Assembly (NCBI GenBank): GCA_963662665.2 | Contig: CAXXJS010000010.1 | Span: 160,001-224,000, forward strand | Length of the DNA: 64,000 nucleotides | Source of the DNA: Candidatus Latescibacterota bacterium | GTDB lineage: Bacteria; Latescibacterota; UBA2968; GCA-2709665 | Reading direction: 5' to 3' | Part shown: in pieces, positions 10,366 to 20,307 of the stretch | Layout of the letters: each line of letters begins with the position of its first letter | Numbering within the stretch: position 1 is the stretch's first letter | Made by a program: the position numbers and the translations under genes | The notes under the pieces: generated by a model | Database searches by the model: none | Seen by the model: the letters and a program-made list of their open reading frames with translations, nothing else | Told to the model about the DNA's origin: nothing

Positions 10366-11502
10366 ATGGCATCTGGGGTCGTACAGAACGGTATGCGGAC
10401 CGTGCGGGTCGACTTGGGGAATCGCAGTTATCCGATCCTGATCGGTCACGGGATTCTGTCCGGATTCGGCGAGGCGTACGCGGCGGCCGGATTGGGATCG
10501 ACCGCGGCGATAATTACCAACCCGACGGTGGCGCCGCTCTACCTGGATCCCTTAAGGGCCGGTCTCGTGGCACAGGGTGTTGCCGTGACGGTGATGGAGA
10601 TTCCGGATGGTGAGGAATTCAAGACCCTGGAGACGGTAGAGAGCATATATGGCAAACTGATTGGTGCCGGCCTGGATCGGCGCAGTTGTATCGTAACGCT
10701 GGGGGGCGGTGTTGTGGGAGACACGGCCGGGTTCGCGGCGGCGACGTATCTGCGCGGAATCGATTTCGTGCAAGTCCCCACCACCCTGGAGGCGCAGGTC
10801 GATGCCAGCGTGGGGGGAAAGACCGGGGTAGATCACCCGCTGGGAAAGAATATGATCGGGGCGTTTCATCAGCCAAAGCTGGTCTATGTCGACACGGAAA
10901 CACTGATGACCCTGCCGAGGCGGGAGGTGGTTGCCGGGTTGGCTGAGGTGATCAAGCACGGACTGATCCGCGACGCGGGACTCTTCGAAGTCCTGGAGAA
11001 AACGATCGAGAATGTGGTGGATCTCGTGATGGAACCGGAACAGCTGGTCAGATTAATCGCACGAAACTGCCGCATCAAGGCGGACGTCGTGGCGGCGGAT
11101 GAGACCGAGGCCGGATTGAGGGAAATCCTCAACTATGGTCACACGGTTGGCCACGCCATAGAGGCGGCGACGAATTACACGGTTTACAAACACGGAGAGG
11201 CCGTCTTGCTGGGCATGATCGCCGCCGGTAGAATCGGGGTTATCAAGGGGTTCTGGAAATCCGCGGAATTTGAACGGCAGAATGCGCTAATAGGAAGACT
11301 CGGAATTCCGTCCGGCGTTGGCCGCCTCGAAGCCGACGAACTGCTGGGGCGAATGGCGAGCGACAAGAAAGCGCGGGACGGGGTTATCCGGTTTGTCCTG
11401 CCGGAGACGATCGGCCGTGTGGTGTCGTGCGACACCGTGAATAAACAGGAAATCGAGGCCGGGATTCGCTATATGCAGGAACGCTCTCCCGAACCGGTCT
11501 GA
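10366..11502 (+). CDS. aroB: 3-dehydroquinate synthase
   Basis: GGGVVGDTAGFAAATYLRGI, VPTTLEAQVDASVGGKTG, LNYGHTVGHAIE; start may be 10393. Confidence 0.97.
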   Translation: MASGVVQNGMRTVRVDLGNRSYPILIGHGILSGFGEAYAAAGLGSTAAIITNPTVAPLYLDPLRAGLVAQGVAVTVMEIPDGEEFKTLETVESIYGKLIGAGLDRRSCIVTLGGGVVGDTAGFAAATYLRGIDFVQVPTTLEAQVDASVGGKTGVDHPLGKNMIGAFHQPKLVYVDTETLMTLPRREVVAGLAEVIKHGLIRDAGLFEVLEKTIENVVDLVMEPEQLVRLIARNCRIKADVVAADETEAGLREILNYGHTVGHAIEAATNYTVYKHGEAVLLGMIAAGRIGVIKGFWKSAEFERQNALIGRLGIPSGVGRLEADELLGRMASDKKARDGVIRFVLPETIGRVVSCDTVNKQEIEAGIRYMQERSPEPV

Positions 11503-11531
11503 AATTCGCCGCGGCCTGACGGTCATCGGCT

Positions 11532-12035
11532 TCAACGGGTCAATCGTTCGATGATGGAATGGTGTTCGGGAAAACTCCCTGTCAGGTCTGCACGATTCGC
11601 CAGCACAAAGTCCTCGAATTCGAAACCTGGAGCAACCGTCCCGCCCACGAGCGCATACGAATCGGGCTCGTTCAGCGTAGCGCCGTACCAGCAGCCCGCG
11701 TTGATGACCGCCGCGAACGATTCATCGTTTTCGAGGTTGTTACCGAGCAGAATTCGGTTGTATTTTCCGCATTGGCCAATGGTGTGGATGGTGATGGACG
11801 ATCCCTCATAGAAGTGCCAGATTTCGTCGGATTGAATGCGGTGGAGGGCGGAAAAGTCGTCACCCTCAAGCAGGAAGTAGATCGCGGTTGAAAACGGCCG
11901 GGGACCATTGAACCGCTCCGGGAGGGCGTGGGCCCCAATGGTCTCGTCCGAACGGTAAATCTCCCGGTAATAGCCACCCTCGGGATGCTTCTTAAGATTC
12001 AGCTTTGAAATCCAGTAGTCGGCGTTCCGGCTCAT
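11532..12035 (-). CDS. cupin_5 / DUF985 family protein
   Basis: LNLKKHPEGGYYRE, STAIYFLL, SALHRIQSDEIWHFYEG, VAPGFEFEDF. Confidence 0.9.
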   Translation of the reverse strand: MSRNADYWISKLNLKKHPEGGYYREIYRSDETIGAHALPERFNGPRPFSTAIYFLLEGDDFSALHRIQSDEIWHFYEGSSITIHTIGQCGKYNRILLGNNLENDESFAAVINAGCWYGATLNEPDSYALVGGTVAPGFEFEDFVLANRADLTGSFPEHHSIIERLTR

Positions 12036-12153
12036 TGCAATTGGAAAAACGTCTGGTTCAGGGGCGAGGCGACCTCGCCCCTTTTTCTTTATGGAAAACG
12101 ATCGGTTGACGATATCAGTACCGAGGATGGAAACAAGGCGTGTGGATAGGTGC

Positions 12154-13206
12154 TTATGCGATCGCGCCACGCCCCAGACAAATGTCATCATCGTAAAAGA
12201 CGGCCGATTGTCCGGCGGCCACACCCTGGTCCTTTTCCGACATGCGAACGTTCAGCCGGTTTTCGCCGGCGGGTGTGATGAGACAAGGGACAGTCCGTGG
12301 GCCGTGTCGGATTTTGACGTGAACGTCGCGACGATCGGGGGCGCCGGAGATCCAGTTCAGATTTGAAACCGTGAAACGACTCGACGCCCTGTTCGCCAGG
12401 TTTGTCTTGTGGGACACGTAGACAACGTTGCCTTCCGTCTCTTTCCCGACCACGTACCAGGGGCCCGCGGCAAGGCCCAGGCCTTCGCGCTGACCGATGG
12501 TGTAAAACCAGTAACCCCGATGACGGCCGAGCCGGACGCCCGACTCCTGTTCAACGATATCACCGGGCGTTTCTCCCAGATGCGCCCTGACAAAGTCGGT
12601 ATAGCTGATTTTTCCCAGAAAGCAGATGCCCTGGCTGTCTTTGCGGTTGTGATTGGGCAGAGCGATGCTCCGTGCGTGTTCGCGGACCTGCGGTTTGGTG
12701 AGGTGTCCGATGGGGAAACAAGCGCGTTTGAGCTGCGCCTGGCAGAGCGCGGAAAGAAAATAGGTCTGGTCCTTGACGGGATCCGGCGCACGTTTCAGAT
12801 AGCACGTACCGTCTATTTCATCGATTCGCGCATAGTGCCCCGATGCGACTTTGTGATAACTGCGATCGATTCGGGCAGCGAACTCGCCGAATTTGATACG
12901 CCGATTGCAGACGATGTCCGGACTGGGGGTCCGCCCTGCTCTGAGTTCGGACACGGCGTGCGTGACCACCCGGTCCAGGTATTCGGCCTGAAGAGGGACA
13001 ATCCGGAGCGGCACGCCGGCCTGTTCGCAGACAGCGCGCGCGTACTTGAGGTCTTCCTCCCAGGGACAGTCGCCCAGGAAGGCAAGTTCTTCCTCCAGCC
13101 AGACCTTGAGATAGAAGGCGGTGACGTCGTGGCGCCCTTCGCTGCACAACAGATTAAGGGCTACTGAGCTGTCAACGCCGCCGGAGAGCAGAAGGGCGAT
13201 TTTCAT
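12154..13206 (-). CDS. mnmA: tRNA 2-thiouridylase
   Basis: SGGVDSSVA, TPSPDIVCN, SGHYA, KDQTYFL, DSQGICF, YTIGQR. Confidence 0.96.
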   Translation of the reverse strand: MKIALLLSGGVDSSVALNLLCSEGRHDVTAFYLKVWLEEELAFLGDCPWEEDLKYARAVCEQAGVPLRIVPLQAEYLDRVVTHAVSELRAGRTPSPDIVCNRRIKFGEFAARIDRSYHKVASGHYARIDEIDGTCYLKRAPDPVKDQTYFLSALCQAQLKRACFPIGHLTKPQVREHARSIALPNHNRKDSQGICFLGKISYTDFVRAHLGETPGDIVEQESGVRLGRHRGYWFYTIGQREGLGLAAGPWYVVGKETEGNVVYVSHKTNLANRASSRFTVSNLNWISGAPDRRDVHVKIRHGPRTVPCLITPAGENRLNVRMSEKDQGVAAGQSAVFYDDDICLGRGAIA

Positions 13207-13415
13207 GGCTCTAATCGGCACTCGGCCAGTGGTTCGATTGTTTTCAAATCTGCACGACCCGACACGATCCCAACCAGATGCTCCGTATGGAATCTGTCCG
13301 CGACACGATCAACGGGACGATGTTCTTCGATGATGAGGTCGTCAAGGGTGATGCCGTTGTCCGGATCCCCCGGGGCGGGTAGGGGTCCCGTCCCGTTTGT
13401 CCATCCGGACGGCAT
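13203..13415 (-). CDS. possible small hypothetical protein (70 aa)
   Basis: Fills the gap between the aminotransferase and mnmA; its TGA overlaps the mnmA ATG (ATGA); no recognised motif. Confidence 0.3.
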   Translation of the reverse strand: MPSGWTNGTGPLPAPGDPDNGITLDDLIIEEHRPVDRVADRFHTEHLVGIVSGRADLKTIEPLAECRLEP

Positions 13416-13486
13416 AAGGAAGATCGCCGTATCCGGCGTGCGCGATAAAACGGGTTGAAGGATGTAAGAGATCCGGTCTTCCTGCT

Positions 13487-14401
13487 TTATTCCATGAGAA
13501 TCTGTTTCTCAATGTCCAGTCCCACCCGGTTGCTCCAGGCAGCTATCATATCTCTGTAAAGCGGGCCGGGCTTACCGCTTCCAACGGGTACGTTGTTGAA
13601 TATTGTGCAGGGGGCGATGCAATATGGCGTGGTGGTCAGCCATGCTTCATCGGCGTTGGCAACGTCGTATGGCTGGAGGTCCTTTTCAATCCAGTGCAGA
13701 CCGAGGTCGGCTGCCAGTTCCTTGACCGTGAGGAGGCTGACGCCCTGAAGAATGTTCCGCGTGGTAGGGGAGTAGATTGTGCGGTCCACAACGATGACAA
13801 AGTTGGATCCGGCGCACTCCGTGACGTTTCCGTCCAGGTCCAGTAGTAGCGTTATCGCTTCCGGGTCTACCGCGTGGGTCTGCTGGTCGGCCAGCCACCA
13901 GTGCAGGCGGGACCGGTTCTTGGACTTTGGGTCCAGGCATTGGGGCGGAACGTGACGCACGGACGGAGTGACAACGTGGGCGCCAGCTTCGAAGAGATGA
14001 CGCCAGACGCGGAAGGGCAGCGGAAAGGAGTGGATACAGACGGTTGGCGTTAGGCGCACGCTCCCCGCGGCGCTTCCCGCATAGATTTCGTTCTCACCCG
14101 CCGTGATGAAATGTACAATCCCGAGGTCGGCTTCAGGTCCGATCAATTCACGATTGGTTTCAATGAGTTCGAGGGTTTTCTCCCGCATGTCGTTCCGCGT
14201 CAGCTGTGGTTGAATGCCGGTGTATTTGCACGATCGGAAGAGCCGGTCCAGGTGATCGTCCAGGCGAAACGGCGCGTGGGCGAAGGTGCGGGTCATTTCG
14301 GTGAGCGTGGCGCCCAGAATGATGCCCAGGTCGTAGATCTTGATTGCGGCCCGGGAGGCGGGCACGAAATCTCCGTTGAGGTAGACGATGGGTTCCTTCA
14401 T
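13487..14401 (-). CDS. class IV PLP aminotransferase (IlvE/PabC-like)
   Basis: VYLNGDFVP, FRLDDHLDRL, LDPKSKNR, GNVTECAGSN, ILQGVS, ADEAWLT. Confidence 0.9.
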   Translation of the reverse strand: MKEPIVYLNGDFVPASRAAIKIYDLGIILGATLTEMTRTFAHAPFRLDDHLDRLFRSCKYTGIQPQLTRNDMREKTLELIETNRELIGPEADLGIVHFITAGENEIYAGSAAGSVRLTPTVCIHSFPLPFRVWRHLFEAGAHVVTPSVRHVPPQCLDPKSKNRSRLHWWLADQQTHAVDPEAITLLLDLDGNVTECAGSNFVIVVDRTIYSPTTRNILQGVSLLTVKELAADLGLHWIEKDLQPYDVANADEAWLTTTPYCIAPCTIFNNVPVGSGKPGPLYRDMIAAWSNRVGLDIEKQILME

Positions 14402-14954
14402 TTTCTCGCTCTGGATGCAAGATGACAACTATCGTCACCATGGGTGTTCATCCTGCCGTTTCCTCCGTGATATCGGCACCGGAGTCTGATTTGGATTTTA
14501 ACGGGAAACGGAAGGTGAGGAGTTGGGAAATACGGACGCCCAACATCTTTCAATTAATATACCGGATGGGTGACGTCAAGACAAACGGAAAGGGATTTTT
14601 CGGGGTCAGAAGGAGGAAGGCATGCTTCACGGCCCTGGGCATTTGTTGCCCACGATGCAGAGAAAGACGCCACCGGATTTACAGATGATGCCTCAGCCGC
14701 TTAAGGTGTTCAGGGCGTGAGGCGTCGGGGGCAAATCAATCAGCTTGGTCATTCGTGACGGATAGAACCCGGACGAACGGCATTGAGTCCTTCTCGTCAC
14801 TTTTGAGGCGCGGTTACTACGGGAATGTACTACGAGATGAACATCCAGAACCTTGTTTGTTATATCTATGAATCATGCGGACGGTACAACGTCCGTTGTG
14901 TCGATACAGCCGTACATGGGAGTCTTGTAATCTCTGGCATAGTTGGCAAGAAAA

Positions 14955-15248
14955 TCAGGTGCCACGCTTCGGCGACTTGAAATTGCGAATGAGTTTGAGT
15001 CTTTGGAGATCTGATTCAGTCCATCTGGCTTGATCTATCAACAGTCTTTCCAAGAAACCTACGTTATAGGTTTTTTTGGGATGATAGTGAATGGTTATAT
15101 ACTTCCTGTGTTCGTACTCCAATTTGCTGAATGCTCGTGCGCCTCCTCTCTTTAATTCTTCTTGCCATCCATCCCTTTTGAGCGCTTGGATAATTTGTCT
15201 TGCCGTAACGTTTCTCAATTGGCTGCGAGTAGCTCTTGAGTAGGCCAT
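14955..15248 (-). CDS. HicA-like toxin (atypical: GGA in place of GSH)
   Basis: TARQIIQALKRDGW...ITIHYHPKKTY...LL pattern of the HicA fold; downstream of a HicB-like gene. Confidence 0.7.
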   Translation of the reverse strand: MAYSRATRSQLRNVTARQIIQALKRDGWQEELKRGGARAFSKLEYEHRKYITIHYHPKKTYNVGFLERLLIDQARWTESDLQRLKLIRNFKSPKRGT

Positions 15249-15601
15249 GGCATCGTTGTCCAATCACTCGAACCTGAATATGGTTCAGGATTGCCAAATC
15301 TCGAAAATCCCATATTCGCATTGCGATGCAACTCAATTGTCAAATCTGGTCCAACTGGAAGAGGGTCACCATTTTTGGCAAGTGCCATCAGGTAGACAAG
15401 AATGCCATTTTCGACGCGACTCTTGACCTGTTTTATTGTATCTCCGTCGATAATTAATCCTGGAAGTGCCGGTGCCGTGGCAAAGTATTTATCGTCGTCT
15501 TTTTCCATAACGATTCTAACGGAGATCTTGTAACCAATATCGTCAATATGCTCTCCCCCTGCGCGTTTCCGACGCCGCTTCGGGAATCTCAGGATCGACA
15601 T
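15215..15601 (-). CDS. HicB-like antitoxin (N-terminal domain only)
   Basis: EKDDDKYFATAPALPGLIIDGDT...YL...GDPLP is the HicB partial RNase H fold signature. Confidence 0.8.
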   Translation of the reverse strand: MSILRFPKRRRKRAGGEHIDDIGYKISVRIVMEKDDDKYFATAPALPGLIIDGDTIKQVKSRVENGILVYLMALAKNGDPLPVGPDLTIELHRNANMGFSRFGNPEPYSGSSDWTTMPWPTQELLAAN

Positions 15602-15679
15602 GACAGTTACCCCTTGTGCTTGATCAATTCCAGCCAAGAAAAATGTTTTTCACACACTCTTTCTTAGATACAGCTTACA

Positions 15680-15708
15680 ATAGTAACAAGAGTTGCAATT
15701 CCAGTCAA
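15680..15708 (-). promoter_or_regulatory. sigma70-type promoter for hicBA
   Basis: TTGACT-17 nt-TACTAT on the minus strand. Confidence 0.7.
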
Positions 15709-15857
15709 GTCTACACAACATGAACGTCATATTAGTTCGCTTCTTGCGTGTATGTCAAGAACAATAACGTGTACCGTTGCAAATGTATCCCCTTCCTTTC
15801 CGCAAGAATATCAATAGCTGCCTTCGCGCGGGCATCTCCTCGGCGGTCGCCCGTACG

Positions 15858-17393
15858 TTACATCCAGAGATTCCGGTCCAGACTGCGGTACTGAATGGCC
15901 TCCCCGACGTGCTGAGGTTTGATTTCAGATTCCTCCTCCAGGTCCGCAATGGTGCGGCTGACTTTCAGGATGCGGTCATAGGCGCGTGCGGACAGGCCGA
16001 GTTTTGTAATTGCCATTTTCAGGAGTTCCTTGCCTTTGCCGTCGACTCTGCAATATTGTCGAATCTCCGCGGACCCCATGTGCGCATTGCAGAACAGGTG
16101 TTTTTTCTCCTGGAAGCGATGAAGTTGTACCTGGCGCGCCGCGTTCACCACTTCACGAATGGCGTGGGATGATTCTCCGCCGGGTTCATCGGCGAGTTCA
16201 GTGTAGTCAACTCCCGGTACTTCAATGTGAATGTCGATGCGGTCAAGGAGTGGACCGGAAATCCGGGCCATATACCGCTGTATGATCGGCGGGGAACACG
16301 TGCATTCGTTCTTGGGATCGCCGAAGTATCCGCAGGGACACGGGTTCAGGGCGCATGCGAGCATGAATTGGGCCGGGTAGGTCAGAGAGACCATGGCGCG
16401 GGCAATGGTGACGAATCCGTCCTCGATAGGTTGCCGGAGAACCTCGAGGACATGCTTCTTGAACTCGGGAAGCTCGTCCAGGAAGAGAACCCCGTGGTGT
16501 GCAAGGGAGACTTCGCCAGGTCGCGGGTGAGGTCCGCCGCCGATCAGGCCGGCGTCAGAGATAGTGTGGTGAGGCGAACGGAACGGCCGGATGGCCACCA
16601 GTGTGGTATCCGGAGGCAGCAATCCGGCCACGGAGTGTATTTTGGTGGCTTCGAGGGCTTCATCCAGCGTCAGGTCCGGCAGGATGGTGGGGAGGCGGCG
16701 GGTGAGCATGGTCTTGCCGGAACCGGGCGGACCGATCATAATAATGTTATGGCCGCCGCTGGCCGCTACCTCCAGGGCGCGCTTGGCATGCACCTGGCCC
16801 CTGACGTCGCGGAAATCGATGCGGTAGTCCAGAGCCTGGCTGAAGATCTGGTCGATATCCACCTGGAGTGGCGGAACGGCCCTATAGCCTTCGAGGAAGT
16901 CCAGTGTCTCCATCAGGTCGCCGACCGGATGGACGTCGATGCCGCCCGCAATGGCACCCTCGCGTGCATTTTCCCGAGGCAGGATCATGCCCTTCAGACC
17001 TGCCTGGCGGGTCTCGACCGCCATCGGCAGAGCGCCCCGGATCGGTCGGACGGCCCCGTCAAGAGCAAGTTCTCCGAGAATCGCGTATTGGGATAGGATT
17101 TCAGGCGAGATGTCCCCGGCAGCGGCGAGGATGCTTACGGCAATGGGCAAGTCGAAGGCCGAGCCTTCCTTACGGATATCCGCAGGAGCGAGATTGACGG
17201 TTACACGACGATTTGGAAACGACCGGCCGGTGTTCTTGATGGCGGCGGTCACACGATCCCGGCTTTCCTTGACGGCGTTGTCGGGCAGACCTACCACCGA
17301 GAATGCGGGTAACTGGTAGTCCAGATCAGTTTCAATGCGAACGATATAGGCGTCAATACCCAGAGTGGCGCAACTCAACACGCGGGACATCAT
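15858..17393 (-). CDS. comM: YifB/ComM family Mg-chelatase-like AAA+ ATPase
   Basis: VGLPDNAVKESRDRV, NLAPADIRKEG, GPPGSGKT, RPFRSPHH, GVLFLDELPEF, NPCPCG. Confidence 0.93.
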   Translation of the reverse strand: MMSRVLSCATLGIDAYIVRIETDLDYQLPAFSVVGLPDNAVKESRDRVTAAIKNTGRSFPNRRVTVNLAPADIRKEGSAFDLPIAVSILAAAGDISPEILSQYAILGELALDGAVRPIRGALPMAVETRQAGLKGMILPRENAREGAIAGGIDVHPVGDLMETLDFLEGYRAVPPLQVDIDQIFSQALDYRIDFRDVRGQVHAKRALEVAASGGHNIIMIGPPGSGKTMLTRRLPTILPDLTLDEALEATKIHSVAGLLPPDTTLVAIRPFRSPHHTISDAGLIGGGPHPRPGEVSLAHHGVLFLDELPEFKKHVLEVLRQPIEDGFVTIARAMVSLTYPAQFMLACALNPCPCGYFGDPKNECTCSPPIIQRYMARISGPLLDRIDIHIEVPGVDYTELADEPGGESSHAIREVVNAARQVQLHRFQEKKHLFCNAHMGSAEIRQYCRVDGKGKELLKMAITKLGLSARAYDRILKVSRTIADLEEESEIKPQHVGEAIQYRSLDRNLWM

Positions 17394-17659
17394 ACGGACC
17401 TCCTCGGAGCCTGTGAGGAACGCATCTGAACTCCGTGGAAGCGTGTTGTTCTGCAAGGAGTCCGGTGGTGGTGAAGCGAATCCCCGACAAGCCATAATAA
17501 CGCAAAGGCCGTGCCAGAGAAGTCGGATACACCTAACTTGCTGTACGAAAAAGAGATGGGGATGACGACAGGAGCAATGGAGGGAACGTTGGGAAAGGGA
17601 TTTTCAACGATCGGCGATGGGTTTGAACAAAATGTCGTTCGACCGGACCTGCCGACACC

Positions 17660-18838
17660 CTAGAAAGACTGGTCTGGGTTTACGTCGGCAGCATAGTCAA
17701 CCGCAGGAAGTCCAAATCCGAAGAGCTTGAGGAATTCCTCGCGATAGCCCTGCAAATCCGATACCGTTTCCAGATTTTCGGTCGTGACGGATTCCCAGAG
17801 CGCTGAGATGCGCGACTGTACGTCGTCTCTGATCTCGAGGTCATCGATACGGATGCGCCCGCTCTCATCGGTCGGAACAGCTGGTTCGGCGCAAATCCGA
17901 TCTTTCAGAAGCCTGTACATCTGTTGTATACATCCTTCGTGGATGTTTTTGTCCTTCATGACTTTGTAAAGCAGGGAAATGTATAGGGGCACCACCGGAA
18001 TCGCAGCACTGGATTGGGTGACCACGGCCTTATTTACAGAGATGCAGGCGCTCCCGTTTCTCTTCTTCAGCCCGGCGCTCAATTTCCGAGCCGTGGCCTC
18101 AAGGTGAGTCTTCGCTCTTCCAATGGTGCCCTCTCCGTAGATCGGGCGGGTCAGTTCCGGTCCGAGATAGGTGAAGGCGACCGTGCGCACGCCCTCGGAA
18201 AGCACGTCTGCCGCGTCGAGGGCCCGAATCCACAACTCCCAATCCTCTCCGCCCATCACGGCAATGGTATCGTCGATCTCTTCGTCGGTGGCCGGTTCTA
18301 TGGTAATCTCCGAGACGGTTCCCGTGTGAATATCGACCGTTTTGCCCGTGTAGGACGCGCCCACGGGTTTCAATACGGAAGTGTATTGCGCTCCGGTCCG
18401 GGGATGGGTTCGACGCGGCGACGCCAGGCTGTAGACGACGAGGTCGACTCCTCCCAGGTCTTTCCTGATGGTAGATATAGTCTCTTCCTTAATATCATCG
18501 GAAAACGCGTCACCGTTGATGCTCCTTGCATAGTAGCCCGCGTCCCCTGCGGCTTTGTCGAATGCGACCGAATTGTACCACCCCGCCGAGGCCGTGCGAT
18601 TTCTGAGGGCCGGTCTTTCAAAGAAAACACCTACGGTCCCCGCCCCTGCGCCGAAGCAGGTTGCAATCCGGGAGGCCAGCCCGTAACCCGTCGACGCGCC
18701 AACAACCAGCACATTCCGGAATCCATTCAGGACCCGCTGTTTTCTGACCCAGTCGATCTGTTCGTGTACATTGTACGCGCACCCGATGGGGTGAGCGGTC
18801 GTACATATGAATCCTCGAATTCTGGGCTTGACAATCAT
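17660..18838 (-). CDS. fabV: enoyl-ACP / trans-2-enoyl-CoA reductase FabV
   Basis: MIVKPRIRGFICTTAHP, GASTGYGLASRI, SINGDAFS, VMGGEDW, HEGCIQQM. Confidence 0.95.
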   Translation of the reverse strand: MIVKPRIRGFICTTAHPIGCAYNVHEQIDWVRKQRVLNGFRNVLVVGASTGYGLASRIATCFGAGAGTVGVFFERPALRNRTASAGWYNSVAFDKAAGDAGYYARSINGDAFSDDIKEETISTIRKDLGGVDLVVYSLASPRRTHPRTGAQYTSVLKPVGASYTGKTVDIHTGTVSEITIEPATDEEIDDTIAVMGGEDWELWIRALDAADVLSEGVRTVAFTYLGPELTRPIYGEGTIGRAKTHLEATARKLSAGLKKRNGSACISVNKAVVTQSSAAIPVVPLYISLLYKVMKDKNIHEGCIQQMYRLLKDRICAEPAVPTDESGRIRIDDLEIRDDVQSRISALWESVTTENLETVSDLQGYREEFLKLFGFGLPAVDYAADVNPDQSF

Positions 18839-18888
18839 TGCGCCGTCCTTTTCCAAAAATCAGGCCTATTCAGCTCGTTGAAGTGGAA

Positions 18889-20307
18889 TCACGTTTTTCC
18901 CCCGGGTTCTGCAGCGGGCTTTGTTTCACGCCATGGTGAAAGCGATTCAAAGGCGGCGGAGGCGCGCAACACTCCCGCGTCGTCGCGCCAGCGTCCAACA
19001 ATCTGCAAGCCCACCGGCAAGCCGTTGCATGCAAAGCCGGCCGGAACGGTTGCCGCCGGCTGGCCCGTGATGTTGAACGGATAGGTGAAAGCGGTCCAGC
19101 CGAGATAACTGGTCGGCTGTCCCGCGACGTCGGCCGGATGGTCGTGCCCGGCGGTAAAGGCCGTAACCGGAAGCGTCGGGCTGAGAAACAGGTCGTAGGC
19201 TTCCATAAATTCACGCCAGCCGTGGTAGTAGTCATTGCGCCTGGCGTAGGCGGTCGCCAGGTCGGCGCCTGAGATGCATTTCCCGCTATCGATCACGCCG
19301 ACAAGGCCGTTGTCCAGCAGGTCCCGCACGTCGTTCATATTGTCCTTGAACACGCCCGCGAACGACGCGGACCAGATCGTGTCGGCAATATCCCAGGGGT
19401 CGGGCAGTCCGGGATGGGCTTCTTCGACGAGACAACCGAGATCCTGGAACCGCGCCGCCGCCGCCGCCGCGATCGTTCGGACCTCGGGGTCGATCGGGGC
19501 GTACCCGAAATCGGGAGACCAGGCAATGCGCCAGCCGGTGATATCGCCGTCCATTGCGCTGAGATAGTTGGTGGAATCGGGCAGCGAGAGGCGGTCCATG
19601 GGGTGGGCGCCGGCCATGGCCGTGAGCATCATCGCGGCATCCTTCACCGTGCGGGTGACGGGACCGGAGTGAGAAAGCAATTCGACCACACTGGCAGGGT
19701 ACTGTGGAACCCGCCCCCAGGACGGTTTGAGTCCGTAGAGGCCGCAGAAACTGCACGGGATGCGGATGGAGCCGGCGCCGTCCGTTCCCTGGGCGATCGG
19801 TCCCATTCCCAGGGCGACGGCTGCCGCCGCGCCGCCGCTGGACCCGCCGGCGGTGCGGCCGTACATCCAGGGATTGTGTACCGGACCGTTGACGCGGTTT
19901 CCGGAGTCTCCCTTCCAGCCCAGTTCCGGCGTGGTGGTTTTGCCAAGAAGGACCATTCCGGCGTTGGAGAGGCGCTTTGCCAGCGGTGCGTCGTAATCCG
20001 GAACCCAGTTGTTGTAGAGCAGGGATCCCCTGGCGGTGCGGATGCCCTTTGTGGGCGTGAGATCCTTGAGCGAACCGGGGACACCCGCCAGAATCCCTGC
20101 ATCTCCCCTGAAATAGGCCCGTTCGGCGCAATTCGCCTGTTCAAGGGCGCGTTCGCAGGTGACCGTGACGTAGGGGTTGAACGCAGGGTTCAGCCGTTCA
20201 ATCCGGTGCAGCAGCGCGTTGGTGACTTCGACGGGCGAGAGTTCGCGCTTCTGATAAAGTTCGCGCAGTTCGAATGCTGAAAGATAGCAGAGGTCGGCTG
20301 AATTCAT
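18889..20307 (-). CDS. amidase signature family protein
   Basis: SLKDL, GKTTTPE, GGSSGG, GTDGAGSIRIP, GLPVGLQIVG. Confidence 0.93.
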   Translation of the reverse strand: MNSADLCYLSAFELRELYQKRELSPVEVTNALLHRIERLNPAFNPYVTVTCERALEQANCAERAYFRGDAGILAGVPGSLKDLTPTKGIRTARGSLLYNNWVPDYDAPLAKRLSNAGMVLLGKTTTPELGWKGDSGNRVNGPVHNPWMYGRTAGGSSGGAAAAVALGMGPIAQGTDGAGSIRIPCSFCGLYGLKPSWGRVPQYPASVVELLSHSGPVTRTVKDAAMMLTAMAGAHPMDRLSLPDSTNYLSAMDGDITGWRIAWSPDFGYAPIDPEVRTIAAAAAARFQDLGCLVEEAHPGLPDPWDIADTIWSASFAGVFKDNMNDVRDLLDNGLVGVIDSGKCISGADLATAYARRNDYYHGWREFMEAYDLFLSPTLPVTAFTAGHDHPADVAGQPTSYLGWTAFTYPFNITGQPAATVPAGFACNGLPVGLQIVGRWRDDAGVLRASAAFESLSPWRETKPAAEPGGKT

